Below are positions 11,901 to 23,201 of a stretch of DNA of 64,000 nt, piece after piece. Under the pieces are notes generated by a model. That model was not told the origin of the DNA. It worked only from the letters and a program-made list of their open reading frames with translations, and did no database searches. Position 1 is the stretch's first letter, and each line of letters starts with the position of its first letter. Origin of the DNA: an uncultured Planctomycetaceae bacterium (lineage in GTDB: Bacteria > Planctomycetota > Planctomycetia > Planctomycetales > Planctomycetaceae); assembly GCA_963815195.1 (NCBI GenBank), contig CAWFGE010000015.1, forward strand, positions 288,001 through 352,000, read 5' to 3'. The position numbers and the translations under genes are program-made.

Positions 11901-13357
11901 GCGAATTGTCTACGATCGTCTACGACACCGCTAGCCAACCGATTGCCTCCATCAATCCACTGGGGAACCGCAGCACGACGGTTTATGACGATGCGTCCCG
12001 GCCCATCGCCTCGATCGACCCCTTAGGCCACCGAAGCACCTCCCTCTACGATGCCGCCGGGCAAACAAAGGCGGTGGAAAATGCTCTCGGCTATCGCACC
12101 AGTTTCAGCTACAATGCCAATGGTGCCCAAACGGGCAGCCTGGATGCCAACGGGAATCGCAGCACCAACATTTACGATGCCGTTGGTCAGACCATCGCGG
12201 AGATCAATGCTTTGGGCAATCGCGTGACGACCGTCTTCGATGCGGCCGGGCAAACCAGCGCTCTCGTGGACCAACGCGGCAATCGGCACAGTTTCACGTA
12301 CGATGCCGCCGGAAACAAAATCGCCCAAATCGACCCGCTAGGCCGTCGAACGACCCAAGGTTACGACAACGCCGGCCGCCAAACCCTCCGCATCGACGCC
12401 CGTGGCAACCGCACCACCTACGTTTACGACAATAACGATCAAGTCATCGCTCGCAAATCTCCGAACGGTATGGCCGCCACCTTCGCATTCGACCCCGTCG
12501 GTAACCGAACCCTCATGCACGATGCCACGGGCCGTTACAGCTACAGTTACGATGTGGTCAATCAGACGCTGGTGAATCAGCAACCCAACAACAAGACGAT
12601 CAGCTACGCCTACGATGCCATCGGTCAGCGTTCCGGGATGATCGACCCCGATGGCGGTCGATTCACGTATCAATACGAAACCGCCGGGCAGATCAACGCT
12701 CTTGAGAACCCGTGGAGCGAACCCACAACCTTTGCTTACGACGCCGCAGGCAGGCGGATGCTCAAGAAGTTAGCAAACGGCACACGGGCCAGCTTTACCT
12801 ATGACGACGCCAACCGGCTCACCGCGCTTTACAACCTCAAGAGCGACAGCAGAGTCATATCCAGTTTCGACTACCACTACGACAACACCGAAAACCGCAC
12901 GCATGTCGTGGAAGCCAATGGCGACCGGGTGACGTGGAGTTACGATAAGACGTATCAACTCACGGCGGAGCAACGTAGCGGGGCCAACGCCTACGCCCAC
13001 ACCTTCAGCTACGACCCGGCAGGCAATCGTCTCGTTAAGAATGAAGAAACGGCTAGGACCACGTACAGCTACGATGCCGCCAATCAGTTGCAGACCTCCG
13101 TCGACGGAACCGGTACGACGACTTACACCTTCGATGCCGATGGGAATCAGCAGATCGTCGAAGCACCAAACAATGACCGCACAACGACCGTTTGGGATTA
13201 CGAGAATCAGCCGACAAAAGTTTCACTACCAAGTGGCACGATAAACACTGCGAGCTACAACGCTGATAAGTTCCGGATTGAACTCGAAGAATCGACCGGG
13301 ACCAAACGATTCGTGTGGGATGGCCAGCAATATCTGCTAGAAACGGATGGAAGTAAC

Positions 13358-15041
13358 CTAACGCGGCCTGATGGCCGCAACCAAAAAGGTGTCTGGCAAA
13401 ATTGACGTCCTCCAGTCATGTTGGTGTTGTCAGACCGCCAACTGCTGGAGGACGCCAGGATGTTTGCTTCGAGTTTTGTTTCCAAGTTTTCTCAACAGAT
13501 TGTAACCAGTTTGAACTGTTTTGATCGAGTGATTTTCAAAGGCCATTTGCCGTTTTGGAACGACAAACGCTTGAACGACTTCGTGGACTATGCCTTGAAG
13601 ATCAAGCGGAAGGACTTTCTGCCCCGACTCAAACAGGAATCGGAGCGGTTGGTTGATCACGCCAAAGCCGTGGCGGCGGAAGCCGGCCGGCCCTACCTGT
13701 ATCGCCAAGGCAAGTTCAAGAAGGAACCGTTCATTCAGAACCTGATTCGAAAGGACAAATTGGCCGAGGGATTGGTGGCCGTTTTGTGCGTGCAGGAAAC
13801 CTGTAAAACGGTGGCTCTGGCGTATGGCCAGCGAAAGCCCAAGCTTTCCTTCAAACGCCGGCCGCAACGGGTGATCTACTATTACTATCTGGACCGGAAG
13901 TTCGGCTTGATGCACATCCGCCTGGAGACCTGGTTTCCCTACGGCATTCAAGTCTACGTCAACGGCCACGATTGGCTGGCCCGAAAGATGCAGAAGGCGG
14001 GGCTGGGTTTCGTCCAAAAAGACAACGCCTTTATCGAATTGGAAAACCCCAAAGCCGCTCAGAAAATGGCCGACCGCTTTGCCCAACTCAACTGGGTCAA
14101 GCAACTGGCCGGATGGGCTCGGCAGGTCAATCCCGTGGTGGGGCCCGACGGCTTTTTGAGCGATCACACCTACTACTGGGTCATCGACCAGGCGGAATAC
14201 GCCTCGGACGTTCTTTTCGCCGACAAAAAATCGCTCGGCGAACTTTATCCACGGCTGATCGATCACGCCGTGGTCAGTTTCTCGGCTAGTGACATTCTCA
14301 CGTTTCTGGGCCGAAAACTTCATGGCAACTTCCAAGGGGAAGTTCTGACCGATGTCAAGAAGAAGCGCGATCCGGGGGCGCGGGTCAAACACCGGATGAA
14401 AGACAACTGGCTGAAGATGTACGACAAGTTTGGCCAAATTCTCCGCGTGGAAACGGTGATCAACCAGCCGCGTGAGTTCCGCATCTACCGCGAGGGGATG
14501 CGGAACGGCGAGCCCCAAATGGTGTGGGCTCCCCTGAACAAAGGCGTCGCGAATTTGCCGGAGTATCAACGGCACGCGAAAGCCGCGAACGAACGCTACC
14601 TCAATGCCTTGTCGGTGGTGGACGATCCCGCTCCCGCGTATCACGAGGTCGCCAAACTGGCCGAAGCGAAAGTGCATCAAGGTCGAAGCTACAAAGGGTT
14701 CAATCCCGCGCGGCGGGAGGACGTGCGGTTGTTCCAAGCGGTGATGGCGGGCGATCACTTGCTCAAGGGCTTTCGGAATGCCGACATTCGAAAGTTTTTG
14801 TGGGGGCTTCCTTCGGACCGCAATCGTCAACGGCGAGAGGCCAACGCCGTGACGCGGTTCCTGAAACGCCTGCACGTCCGCAAGCTGATTGCAAAGATCC
14901 CCCGCACCCGCCGCTGGCGAACGACGGCCCTTGGTCAAAAACTGTTGGGAACAATGATCCAATTGCATTACCACGGACTGCCCTTGGCAGCCTAAAAACA
15001 TACGCGCAACGTGCGCAGAAGTGACAAAGTCAGACTCTAAC
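13358..15041 (+). mobile_element. Unclassified IR-less mobile element bounded by CTAAC direct repeats, inserted in Rhs1
   Basis: CTAAC at 13358-13362 and 15037-15041. Removal restores ETDGSNLTQAVWTNEP in frame. Second copy at 1-538. No terminal IR. Confidence 0.9.
13460..14995 (+). CDS. Putative transposase/replication-initiator-like protein (511 aa) with C-terminal winged helix
   Basis: Only long sense ORF of the element, GGAGG RBS. Contains KMYDK...LRVETVIN and C-terminal GFRNADIR...VTRFLKRLHVRKLIAK..RTRRW. The function is inferred. Confidence 0.65.
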   Translation: MFASSFVSKFSQQIVTSLNCFDRVIFKGHLPFWNDKRLNDFVDYALKIKRKDFLPRLKQESERLVDHAKAVAAEAGRPYLYRQGKFKKEPFIQNLIRKDKLAEGLVAVLCVQETCKTVALAYGQRKPKLSFKRRPQRVIYYYYLDRKFGLMHIRLETWFPYGIQVYVNGHDWLARKMQKAGLGFVQKDNAFIELENPKAAQKMADRFAQLNWVKQLAGWARQVNPVVGPDGFLSDHTYYWVIDQAEYASDVLFADKKSLGELYPRLIDHAVVSFSASDILTFLGRKLHGNFQGEVLTDVKKKRDPGARVKHRMKDNWLKMYDKFGQILRVETVINQPREFRIYREGMRNGEPQMVWAPLNKGVANLPEYQRHAKAANERYLNALSVVDDPAPAYHEVAKLAEAKVHQGRSYKGFNPARREDVRLFQAVMAGDHLLKGFRNADIRKFLWGLPSDRNRQRREANAVTRFLKRLHVRKLIAKIPRTRRWRTTALGQKLLGTMIQLHYHGLPLAA

Positions 15042-15479
15042 ACAAGCGGTATGGACCAACGAGCCAGACCAATACACCAACCTCATCTCTCAACGCCAAG
15101 GAGGAACGACCCAATATCCCAATTTTGAAGCCCTGGGATCAACGTGCGAACTGACTGACAGCAACGAATCAGTCACCGATACGTGGGTGTACGACGCGTG
15201 GGGAAATGTAAAATCTCGGACGGGCACGACGATTTTTCCACTACAGTTTGTTGGACAACGTGGATACAGAATTGATATGGATACTGAGGTGTATTATATA
15301 GTCAAACGACTACTGAATCCCAAGATCGCACGTTGGTTGTCATTTGATCCACTTGGCCTCGCTGTTTTTCCACAAAATCTATATTCTTATGTTTCAAATC
15401 GCCCCATTTTATCCATCGATCCGTCTGGTGAGAAGATTCTCATTTGGGGGTTTGAGGGGTTTTTGGCAGCGGGGACTAA

Positions 15480-16974
15480 GTTCGAGTTTCGCACATTTTG
15501 GAGTGAAGATTTGTCTCGATAAAAGGCGGCCTGCCGTGCAGAATCTAGGAAAGGAAAACGCCTGGATTCTGAAACTCACGGAGGCCGCACATGGAAGGTA
15601 TCACAACGTTCATGGTTTTGCTCGATGTTTTTCAACCGGTTTTCACTCAGCCGAGTTTCGCCACGTTTCGTTTGTTGATGACGGGCTGGATTCTCTCGCA
15701 TCGGCATCGCTACGTCACCGATTTGATTCTCTCCAGCGACTCGGTCGGCAACGGCCACTTTTCCGATTACCACCGCTTCTTCAGCCACGCGAGTTGGAGC
15801 ATCGACCAGCTTTGGCGATTGCTGGCGGGACTGTTGATCAAAGGCTTGATCGGCTCCGACGCCGTGATTTTGCTGGCGGGCGACGACACCCTCTGCCGCA
15901 AGCGCGGACTGGGTTTGTTCGGCGTGGGCATGCATCACGATCCGCTGATTTCCTCGAAGGCCAAGAAGCTGGTGAGCTGGGGCCACGATTGGGTGACACT
16001 GTGTCTGGTGCTCGTAAAACCCTGGTGGGCGCCCACCAAAGTGTTCGCGTTGCCGATCTGCATGCGGTTGTATCGCAATCGGCAAGGGCTGACGAAGGGG
16101 AAGAAGAAAAAGCTCACGAAGCCCAAAGCGAAAAACCCGAAGCACCGCACGCGACCGGAACTGATGCGCGAAATGCTGAAACTTGTGGCGGGCTGGTTTC
16201 CCGAGCGGCAGTTCTTGTTCGTGGGTGACAGTCTTTACACTGGCGAGAGCGTGCTGCGTTACCTGCCCGAGAACACGCATATGATTGGTCAGGTGCATCC
16301 CCAAGGCGCGATGTACGAACCTGCGCCGGAGAAAAAGCCCGGTCGCGGCGCCGCGCAAAAAAGGCGCGCGGCTCTCCACGAAAGAGGAGTGGGCCAACGA
16401 CGGTTCCGCCTGGACCCGGTTGACGTTCAACCAGTACGGACTGCACACGACACTCGAGGTCAAGACCCGCCAGGGGTTGTACTACAAAGCCGGCAAGGAC
16501 CGCTTGCTCACGTTCGTATTGACACGCGACACCCAAGGCAAGCGCCCGATGCAAATTTTCTACTGTACCGATTTGACGAGGGACGCGCGCAGCATCCTGT
16601 CCGCCTATGCTTGTCGGTGGTCGATCGAAGTCACGCATCATGACGCCAAACAGTATTTGGGTTTGGAAGACCCGGCCAACCGCCTGCCTCTGGCGGTGGA
16701 ACGCACGGCCCCGATGGCCATGTTCTTATATAGCTTGACCGTCTTGTGGTATGCCGAGCACGGCCACGCGCATGTGCGGTTTCCGAACCGTCCTTGGTAC
16801 ACGCGCAAGCGCGAGCCGAGTTTTGCAGATATGCTGACCACACTCCGCCGCTTAACCTGGGAAGAGAAATTATCGACAGTGCCGCCAGGCAGCAGTCTCC
16901 AAAATAAAAACATAAACCTGCTAACGTACCTGGCCACCCTCACCGGGTAACGCCGGAATGTGCGAAACTCGAAC
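15480..16974 (+). mobile_element. DDE IS (IS701/IS4-like, DDE_5-type transposase 15591-16950, frameshifted)
   Basis: 18-bp IRs GTTCGAGTTTCGCACATT; TAA duplication at 15477-15479 and 16975-16977; motifs LAGDDT, VGDSLY, RWSIEV. Confidence 0.88.
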
Positions 16975-17687
16975 TAAGGGAAAGCTATCTGATGAAGTCA
17001 TAAAAGACAAATACAAACCAATAGCGCAGAATATTTTTGCTCCGGGAGACATTGAATTTACGATCCAAGGTCAGAAAGTTGGACAGGCGGGGCGACAAAG
17101 GGAAATAGCAAAGGAAATCATCAAGAAGGCGAAGACGCCTGAGCACGATGATCCTTGTTGCTTTCCCCGGATCGTACTCATTGGCTATAGTTGGGGTGGT
17201 AATACAGCGTCTAAAGTTCTGTCCTACATCGAACAGTTTGACCCTGGCGTCTCTGTTGACCTTGTGTTTACCATTGACCCCGTGGTCGGTGTGCCTTTAG
17301 CGCATGGCAGTTTTTTCCCACCTGCCCCTGGTGCGACTCAAGTAATTCCAACTTCATTCTGCAAATGGCAAAGCTATTTTCAGAGAACGGCCAGGCCACC
17401 CTTTGTCGCCTACCACGGTGACACGATGCGGCCCGCATCGAACGATGAGAAGACGAAAGCTGATTTCAACGTGGAGTTTAAGCGTCGGTTTGGGATACAA
17501 CCACAATGGAATGGCCATGTGTTGATTCCGCATTTCAAATCAATACAAAGCGATTGGCACAGAGATTTGCTCGATTTTATCAATTCTGGTTTGACAAAAG
17601 ACTCGCCTTCATTTTGTGGCGTGTCGGATGTGTGTCCTTGAATGAGTCCCATTTACTTTCAACGCGCAGAGCTGGAAAGGAATTCCA

Positions 17688-19521
17688 ATGCACCAATACA
17701 CTAGCCCTTTCTCATTGATTCTTATGTCTGGAATTATGTTCAACGTCGTGCAGACCGGTTCAACAGCGGTCGGACTCGACGACGTGCCGCGCCTATCACT
17801 CCGCGAAGCCAAAGCGATGATCACCCAGAAGAATGTAGAACTACAAACAAAGGGGGTGATCGCGATATTGCTCGACAGGATGGAACATCCTGAGGCGATG
17901 TTAAACTATATATCGGATAGTGCTGTTCAAGTCGATGAGCGATGTATTACGATCCTTCTACGGCTTGTTACGAATGAAGACGATCCTGGGCGTCGCATCC
18001 TAAAGGAATCGGGACTCGACTTTTTCAGCTACTTTAACCCAGGCGACGAATCCGCCCACTACTTCAATTTTTGGAATCTCTTTCCCGCTGCGAGAGGTCT
18101 TCTTGCAGACCGAATTCGAAAGTTGGCAGCTGATCCAGATGAATCCCGCCGGAAGAGTGCAACAATGGCCCTGTCACTGGGGATATTGGATCTCAAGCAA
18201 ACGCGGCAGATCCTCGATAAGCTTAGCGATGATTCATCTTGGGAGGTTAGATCTGAAGCAGCAGTGGTCACTATACAGCTTGGCCACAAAGGTGTGTTTG
18301 CCGCTGATTATGTGTCGGCCATGCTCAAGAGGGCTGTGCTTCGAGACACGGATGAACGTGTGAGGGAAAGGGTGGTAGACGTTTTAGCGAAAGAGTTTGA
18401 GTCGGAATGTTGTAGTAGGCTCAAACTTCGCTCCGAATTGGTGCATTCCCTCGTGACTTTGGCCAAGCAAGATCATGCAGCAGATGAAGTGCTACTTGGC
18501 GCATGTGCCAGAGCCGCCTTGGCGGCAAATACGTCAAGCGAGGACGCACTTGCATTAATTCAATTGATGATGAACCGCGAGTTTTTGGAAAGTGATAAAG
18601 GACTTATGCCTGAGTACATATCGCTGTTAAGTTGTTTGTCAAAAAATGAGCTTTCTAAAATCACGGATAATTTCAGCGATGTGACGCCAGAATGTCGGTA
18701 TGATGATTATCTTCGTTCGCTCGGGCAAAGCGCGGTAAAGATGGCTCCTGATAAGGACGCCGTGGACTGTATTGTTCGCACAGTTTGCGCAGGTTCCAAA
18801 GTTGATGCCCTTGGACCGGTCCTTCGAAGGCACAACCCCGAAGTGCTTGGGAGAATCATCCGCCAAGTGAGTGCCCAACACCTAACTGAGGCAGGATCGT
18901 ATTCATTTGGAATAGTCTTGGCGAACGTTTCAGCTGGGGTTGCTCACAGGGAGAAAGACGTATTCAGTCGACTTGTGCGGTCGGAGAATGTATGGATTCG
19001 CACGGGGGCTGGTATCGCAATGCTGTCCGCTGGAATTACTGAGTGGCGTGCAGGGAAGATTCTGAATGAAGTGCTGAATGATCCGAAGGTGGATGGAAGA
19101 TTTCGGCTTATGGCTTTAGATTGCTTGATTGCAAACAGACAACTGAAAACTGTTGCTGGAGCTACATTGGAGCAGTTGATGACGGCACAAGAAGGTCTGA
19201 CGCATCTTGGCTATTGTAAAGAGGCCATCTTATGCACGTTGATTGACGCAGTTGGGAATGGAGCGGATTTCGACGATAAAGTTCCAACGGCCATTCTATT
19301 CGCCTTAAAGCATCCAGATGTCTCAACGTGTTACAGAGTTCGAAAAGCGATGTTGCGCAGTGCCAAAGATAGCAGGCCAACTCGATAAAGTAAGACTGAC
19401 AAAAACTGTGAAAATGATTCGAGAAACGACACACTCAGGGGAAGTTCGCCAAGTTGCCGCAATGGTGCTCCGTGTCATAGATCCTGGAACATTGCCCTGT
19501 CCGTCTATACGGGAGGATTAG
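17688..19521 (+). CDS. HEAT/ARM-like repeat protein, candidate immunity protein for Rhs1 (ORF stops at 19388; a probable frameshift extends it to 19521)
   Basis: Directly downstream of the tip. HEAT-like motifs LAADPDESRR, LSDDSSWEVRSEAA, DTDERVR. Hydrophobic N-terminus. Confidence 0.6.
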
Positions 19522-19858
19522 GAATCCTTTCCCTCGCTCTGGTCGCGGTTTTGATCGAAACTTGCCGAATTGTTGTCCCATTCGTTGATGTTTGTTCCCG
19601 CCGGAATTTCAGTAGTTCCAAAAAATGACTTGTCGTAAGTCCTGAATTGATAGGAGATTTCGAGAAGCTTCGTCGCTGAACCCCCGACGGTCGAAATGAC
19701 CCTTGAAAACATGGGGTTTGCTACAGATGACCCGAAATATCCACTCGTTCACTTTGAGTGTTCTTGTGGACACAGCTTTGCTGCCGCAAACCGTTTTTTG
19801 GAACTACTGAATTTGGTAAATCCGTTAATTCCGGTAAGTCCCACGCCGGGAGCTTTGT

Positions 19859-20084
19859 TGTGCCCGTCTTAATTGTGATCGCATTCGTTGCCGAATTAAC
19901 GCTGTAGGGAATCGATTTGTCAGAACAGCAAAAGTCTTCATGGGCAGAGTGGTCAGCGGCGTCCCAACGGATCGCGCGATCGCTCTCCAGAATTCCCAAC
20001 AATTCGGCAAAACGCCAATTCGCAAGCAAAAATCTCTACAGCGTGAATTTGGCAACGAATGCGACCACAATTAAGCCGGGCACA
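19859..20084. mobile_element. 226-bp MITE-like unit formed by two inverted right ends of the four-gene transposon
   Basis: Starts TGTGCCCGTCTTAATTGTGATCGCATTCGTTGCCGAATT and ends with a near-perfect reverse complement; no TSD seen. Confidence 0.6.
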
Positions 20085-20409
20085 AGTAGCAGCCTGCGCA
20101 AATCTCAACCCCATCGGCTCCAAGACACCTCGGACGGTCGCCTCGACGCTCACCTTCCGTCACACCCAACAATCCGCACCGCAAAATGCGCCTCATCCAA
20201 AACCATCGCACTCAACCAAGGAAGGCGAGATGCAAATTGACCGAAACCATCTGCGCTCCCCCTCTCCAGAATTCCCCACAATTCGGCAAAACAGCAATCA
20301 ACAAGCCAAAATCCCTACAGCGTTAATTCGTAAGCGTCCGAGGTAGCCATTGTTGACGAGTGGTTTACGCTTTAGGGATTTCTGGAAATCCTGACAGCGG
20401 AGACTTCTC

Positions 20410-20766
20410 ATGACGAAAGCGGAATCGGTGTGGCGGGAGCGGTTGATTCGGTTTCAAGGCAGCGGATTGACCATCCAGGCGTTTTGTGAACGCGAGGGCG
20501 TTTCGGTCTCCAACTTTCATGCCTGGAAAAGGCGGTTGGGGATCGGCCAAGCGAAGAGGTCGTCTCGAAGATCGGCGAAGGGCCGCGATCCGAAGCCGCC
20601 CTTGTTTGTGCCGGTGGGCGTGGCGGTGGGGGCCTCGGCTTCGGAGGTGCGGATCGAACTCCCCAGCGGGGCGGTGGTGCATGTGCCTTTGGAGGCGGAT
20701 GAACGCGTGCTGGCCTTGGTGATGGAAGCCGCCGCCCGGAGTCGAGAGGAGGGCTCGGCATGCTGA
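20410..20766 (+). CDS. tnpA: IS66 accessory protein TnpA
   Basis: W.ERL..FQGSGLTIQAFCEREGVS...FH.WKRRL and FVPV motifs. Confidence 0.88.
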   Translation: MTKAESVWRERLIRFQGSGLTIQAFCEREGVSVSNFHAWKRRLGIGQAKRSSRRSAKGRDPKPPLFVPVGVAVGASASEVRIELPSGAVVHVPLEADERVLALVMEAAARSREEGSAC

Positions 20767-21119
20767 GCCTCTCGCCTTTGGTCCGCGTGTTTTTGTGCAC
20801 CAAGTCCACAGACCTCAGGAAAGGATTTGATGGTTTATCCGGGTTGGTCGAAACCGTGTTTGAGGCGGATGTCTTAAGCGGGCATTGGTTCGTGTTTCTC
20901 AACCGCCGTCGCGATCGCGTGAAAATCCTGGCGTGGGATCATGACGGCTTGTCCATCTTTTACAAACGTCTCGAGCGAGGAACTTATCAAATGCCTCGCG
21001 AAGGGGAAGATCACGTGGAGTTGGATCAGGCGGAACTTTCCATGCTGCTTTCGGGAATTGATCTCACGAGTGCCCGGCGTCGCAAACGCTATCAGAAACG
21101 CGAATCGTCCCAGCGGTAA
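20760..21119 (+). CDS. tnpB: IS66 accessory protein TnpB
   Basis: TDLRKGFDGL, FVFLNRRRDRVKIL.WD.DG and YKRLERG motifs. Confidence 0.93.
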   Translation: MLSLSPLVRVFLCTKSTDLRKGFDGLSGLVETVFEADVLSGHWFVFLNRRRDRVKILAWDHDGLSIFYKRLERGTYQMPREGEDHVELDQAELSMLLSGIDLTSARRRKRYQKRESSQR

Positions 21120-21225
21120 CTCCCCGCGAAGCCTTGGAAAAAATTTTCGATTTTTGGGGAATAAACGCGAAGGGTGAGGGATCCTGTTCGAGGATTCCCT
21201 GCCCCTTTTTTGCGTGTTGTGCCCG

Positions 21226-21406
21226 ATGGCTTCCGATTCCTCACTTCCTGATGACCTGGCCGCGTGCCACGCGCTGATTCGGCAGTTAGCCGAACAGAAC
21301 GCGGCACGGCAACCCGCCATCGAGGAACAGCAGCGTGCTTTGGAAGAGAAACAGCGTGTGTTGGAGGAAGTCGATGCGAGCTATCACGAACTCCAGCAGG
21401 AACACG
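21226..21406 (+). pseudogene. tnpC: IS66 TnpC N-terminal fragment (C-terminal remnant at 34271-34347)
   Basis: LPDDLAACHALI followed by a coiled coil; cut by an IS21 end. Confidence 0.75.
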
Positions 21407-21552
21407 TGTCAGAGAACCCAAAGGTTTACGCAGTTACGGAACCCGAACTGTTACGCACCGATTCCCCCAAGAGCGATGGCTTTGGAGGGCTTGAAAATCC
21501 CCCGCGCGCGGGGGATTTTCAAATTTTCTGACCGGGGCAGGCGGTGCCCCGT

Positions 21553-22131
21553 CTATTCGCCCGGTCGCGATGCTCCCTCGGATTTTGCGGAGTCGGAAAC
21601 GGGTCGAGTCGCGTCCCGAACCGTTTCCTTGGCCGAAGTCAGGGACGTGATCGGCCGTTCGCCAAGTTGAGCATCTAACTCTTTCAATCGGTAGCTGCGG
21701 CCTTGGATGTTGAGCACGGTTGCGTTGTGAAGCAAACGATCCAAAATCGCACCCGCAAGAACCTCATCATCCGCCAACACGCTGGGCCAACTGGCAATTC
21801 CCTTGTTCGTCGTGATCGCAATCGAAGAGCCCTTCGCGTAACGATAGTTCAGAACGCGGAACAACAGATTCGCACTTTCCCGATCCAATTGCTCGTAGCC
21901 AAACTCGTCGAGGACCACCAGGTTGGAGGACATGTACTTGCGGTGCTTCAAACGGGTTGGACTCAAGGCCGCGTCCTTGCGCAACTGATGAAGCAGTTCC
22001 TCGACAAGATAAAAACTCACCGAGAAACCCGTCTCGATCGCCCGCGTGGCCAGTGCGACCGCCAGATGCGTTTTTCCCACACCCGGCGGACCTTGCAGCA
22101 GCAAGGCCCCACCATCACGAATCCACTGGGC
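21553..22131 (-). pseudogene. istB: IstB ATPase, 5'-truncated
   Basis: GPPGVGKTHLA, LVVLDEFGY, ITTN and AILDRLLHNA...IQGRSYR motifs. Confidence 0.9.
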
Positions 22132-22345
22132 TGTCCTTTGCCTCGCTCTGGTCGCAGTTTTGATCGATAATTGCCGAATTGTCGTCGCATTCGTTGATGT
22201 TTGTTCCCGCCGGAATTTGGCAAAACCGTTACTTCCGGTCAGGGCCGCACCGGGAACGTTGTACCCCGCTCCAATGCCATTTTTCTCATACCCCGCCCCG
22301 AGGTCGTGGCCGGTATCATGGTTGGCTTTCGGGGAGCGGGCCCAC

Positions 22346-22906
22346 GTGAGCGCGGGGCGATGGTTTTACTGGGACGAAGAGGGCTTTCGCGCAATTTCCG
22401 AGAAGCTCAAAATGACGGCGTGCCCGCATTGCCAGGTGACCGGCTTGCTGGTTCTGCACGGCTTTTTGCGGGGCTATGATGAGAGCAGCCCGCGGGAAAA
22501 GACGGTCCGCGCCCGGCGGATTTTCTGCAGCAACCGCAACAATCGCCAAGGCTGCGGGCGGACGTTCAGCGTCTGGCTCGCGGACAAAATCCGACGGCTG
22601 AGCCTCTCGGCCGGCGGTCTGTGGACGTTTCTCCAATCCGTTGTCGCTGACGGCATCGGCGCGGCCATCCGCCGCATCGATTGCCACCTGAGCGACCGGC
22701 AGATGCAACGGATTTGGAAACGATTCGACCTCGGCCAAAGCCTGATCCGCGCGGCGCTTTGGAATCAGTGTGAGCCGCCGGAACTGCCGGCCAATTTTCC
22801 TCAGTCTCCGGTGGCGGAGGTTCTGGCTCATCTTCAAGCCGCCTTTCCCCATTCGGACAGTCCCATCGCCGCCTTCCAGCACGCCCTGCGGACGTTCTTT
22901 ATCTAG
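22346..22906 (+). CDS. Zn-ribbon/HTH accessory protein (DUF6431-like) of E1
   Basis: CPHC...HG...RIFC...GCGRTFSV; GGGGAG RBS before a GTG start. Confidence 0.7.
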   Translation: MSAGRWFYWDEEGFRAISEKLKMTACPHCQVTGLLVLHGFLRGYDESSPREKTVRARRIFCSNRNNRQGCGRTFSVWLADKIRRLSLSAGGLWTFLQSVVADGIGAAIRRIDCHLSDRQMQRIWKRFDLGQSLIRAALWNQCEPPELPANFPQSPVAEVLAHLQAAFPHSDSPIAAFQHALRTFFI

Positions 22907-23201
22907 AGCGGTCCTTAATGTGCTTTCCCTATCCTGCCTCTGGGTGGGGTTGGACTCGCTGCTCAACTGGCGTCGGAATGACGGGATGATGGCGTTTGCG
23001 ATGCCGCCCCGCACGCCGATGGGCGAATGGCATGGCTTCCATTAGCCGCCGGATTACGCCGATCGTGACCGAATTTTCGTCGCGCTGCGCGGACACCATC
23101 CGCTCAAAAATGGGTGACAACACAAGCTGTCGTTTCTTGAGGCGACCGCTTTTGGGACAACGTTTCTTTCGGTCAACAATCCCCAAAGCAAGGAGAACCC
23201 C

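Larger units (their letters stand above)
8177..17641 (+). pseudogene. Rhs/YD-repeat polymorphic toxin 1 (~2095 aa when rejoined): Ser-rich N-terminus, YD shell, alpha/beta-hydrolase tip; split by two insertions
   Basis: GGGAG RBS and ATG at 8177. Segments 8177-13362, 15042-15479 and 16978-17641 total 6288 bp in frame. Rhs core ...ARWLSFDPLG...YSYVSNRPILSIDPSG, then LIGYSWGG. Confidence 0.9.

Noticed and set aside
13430..15043. 537-aa antisense ORF across the element (also 29-466)
   Set aside because: Codon-register mirror of the sense gene with no motifs; probably non-coding, though not excluded.
20760..21119. TnpB as an RNA-guided nuclease
   Set aside because: This is the unrelated 119-aa IS66 accessory TnpB with no RuvC domain.
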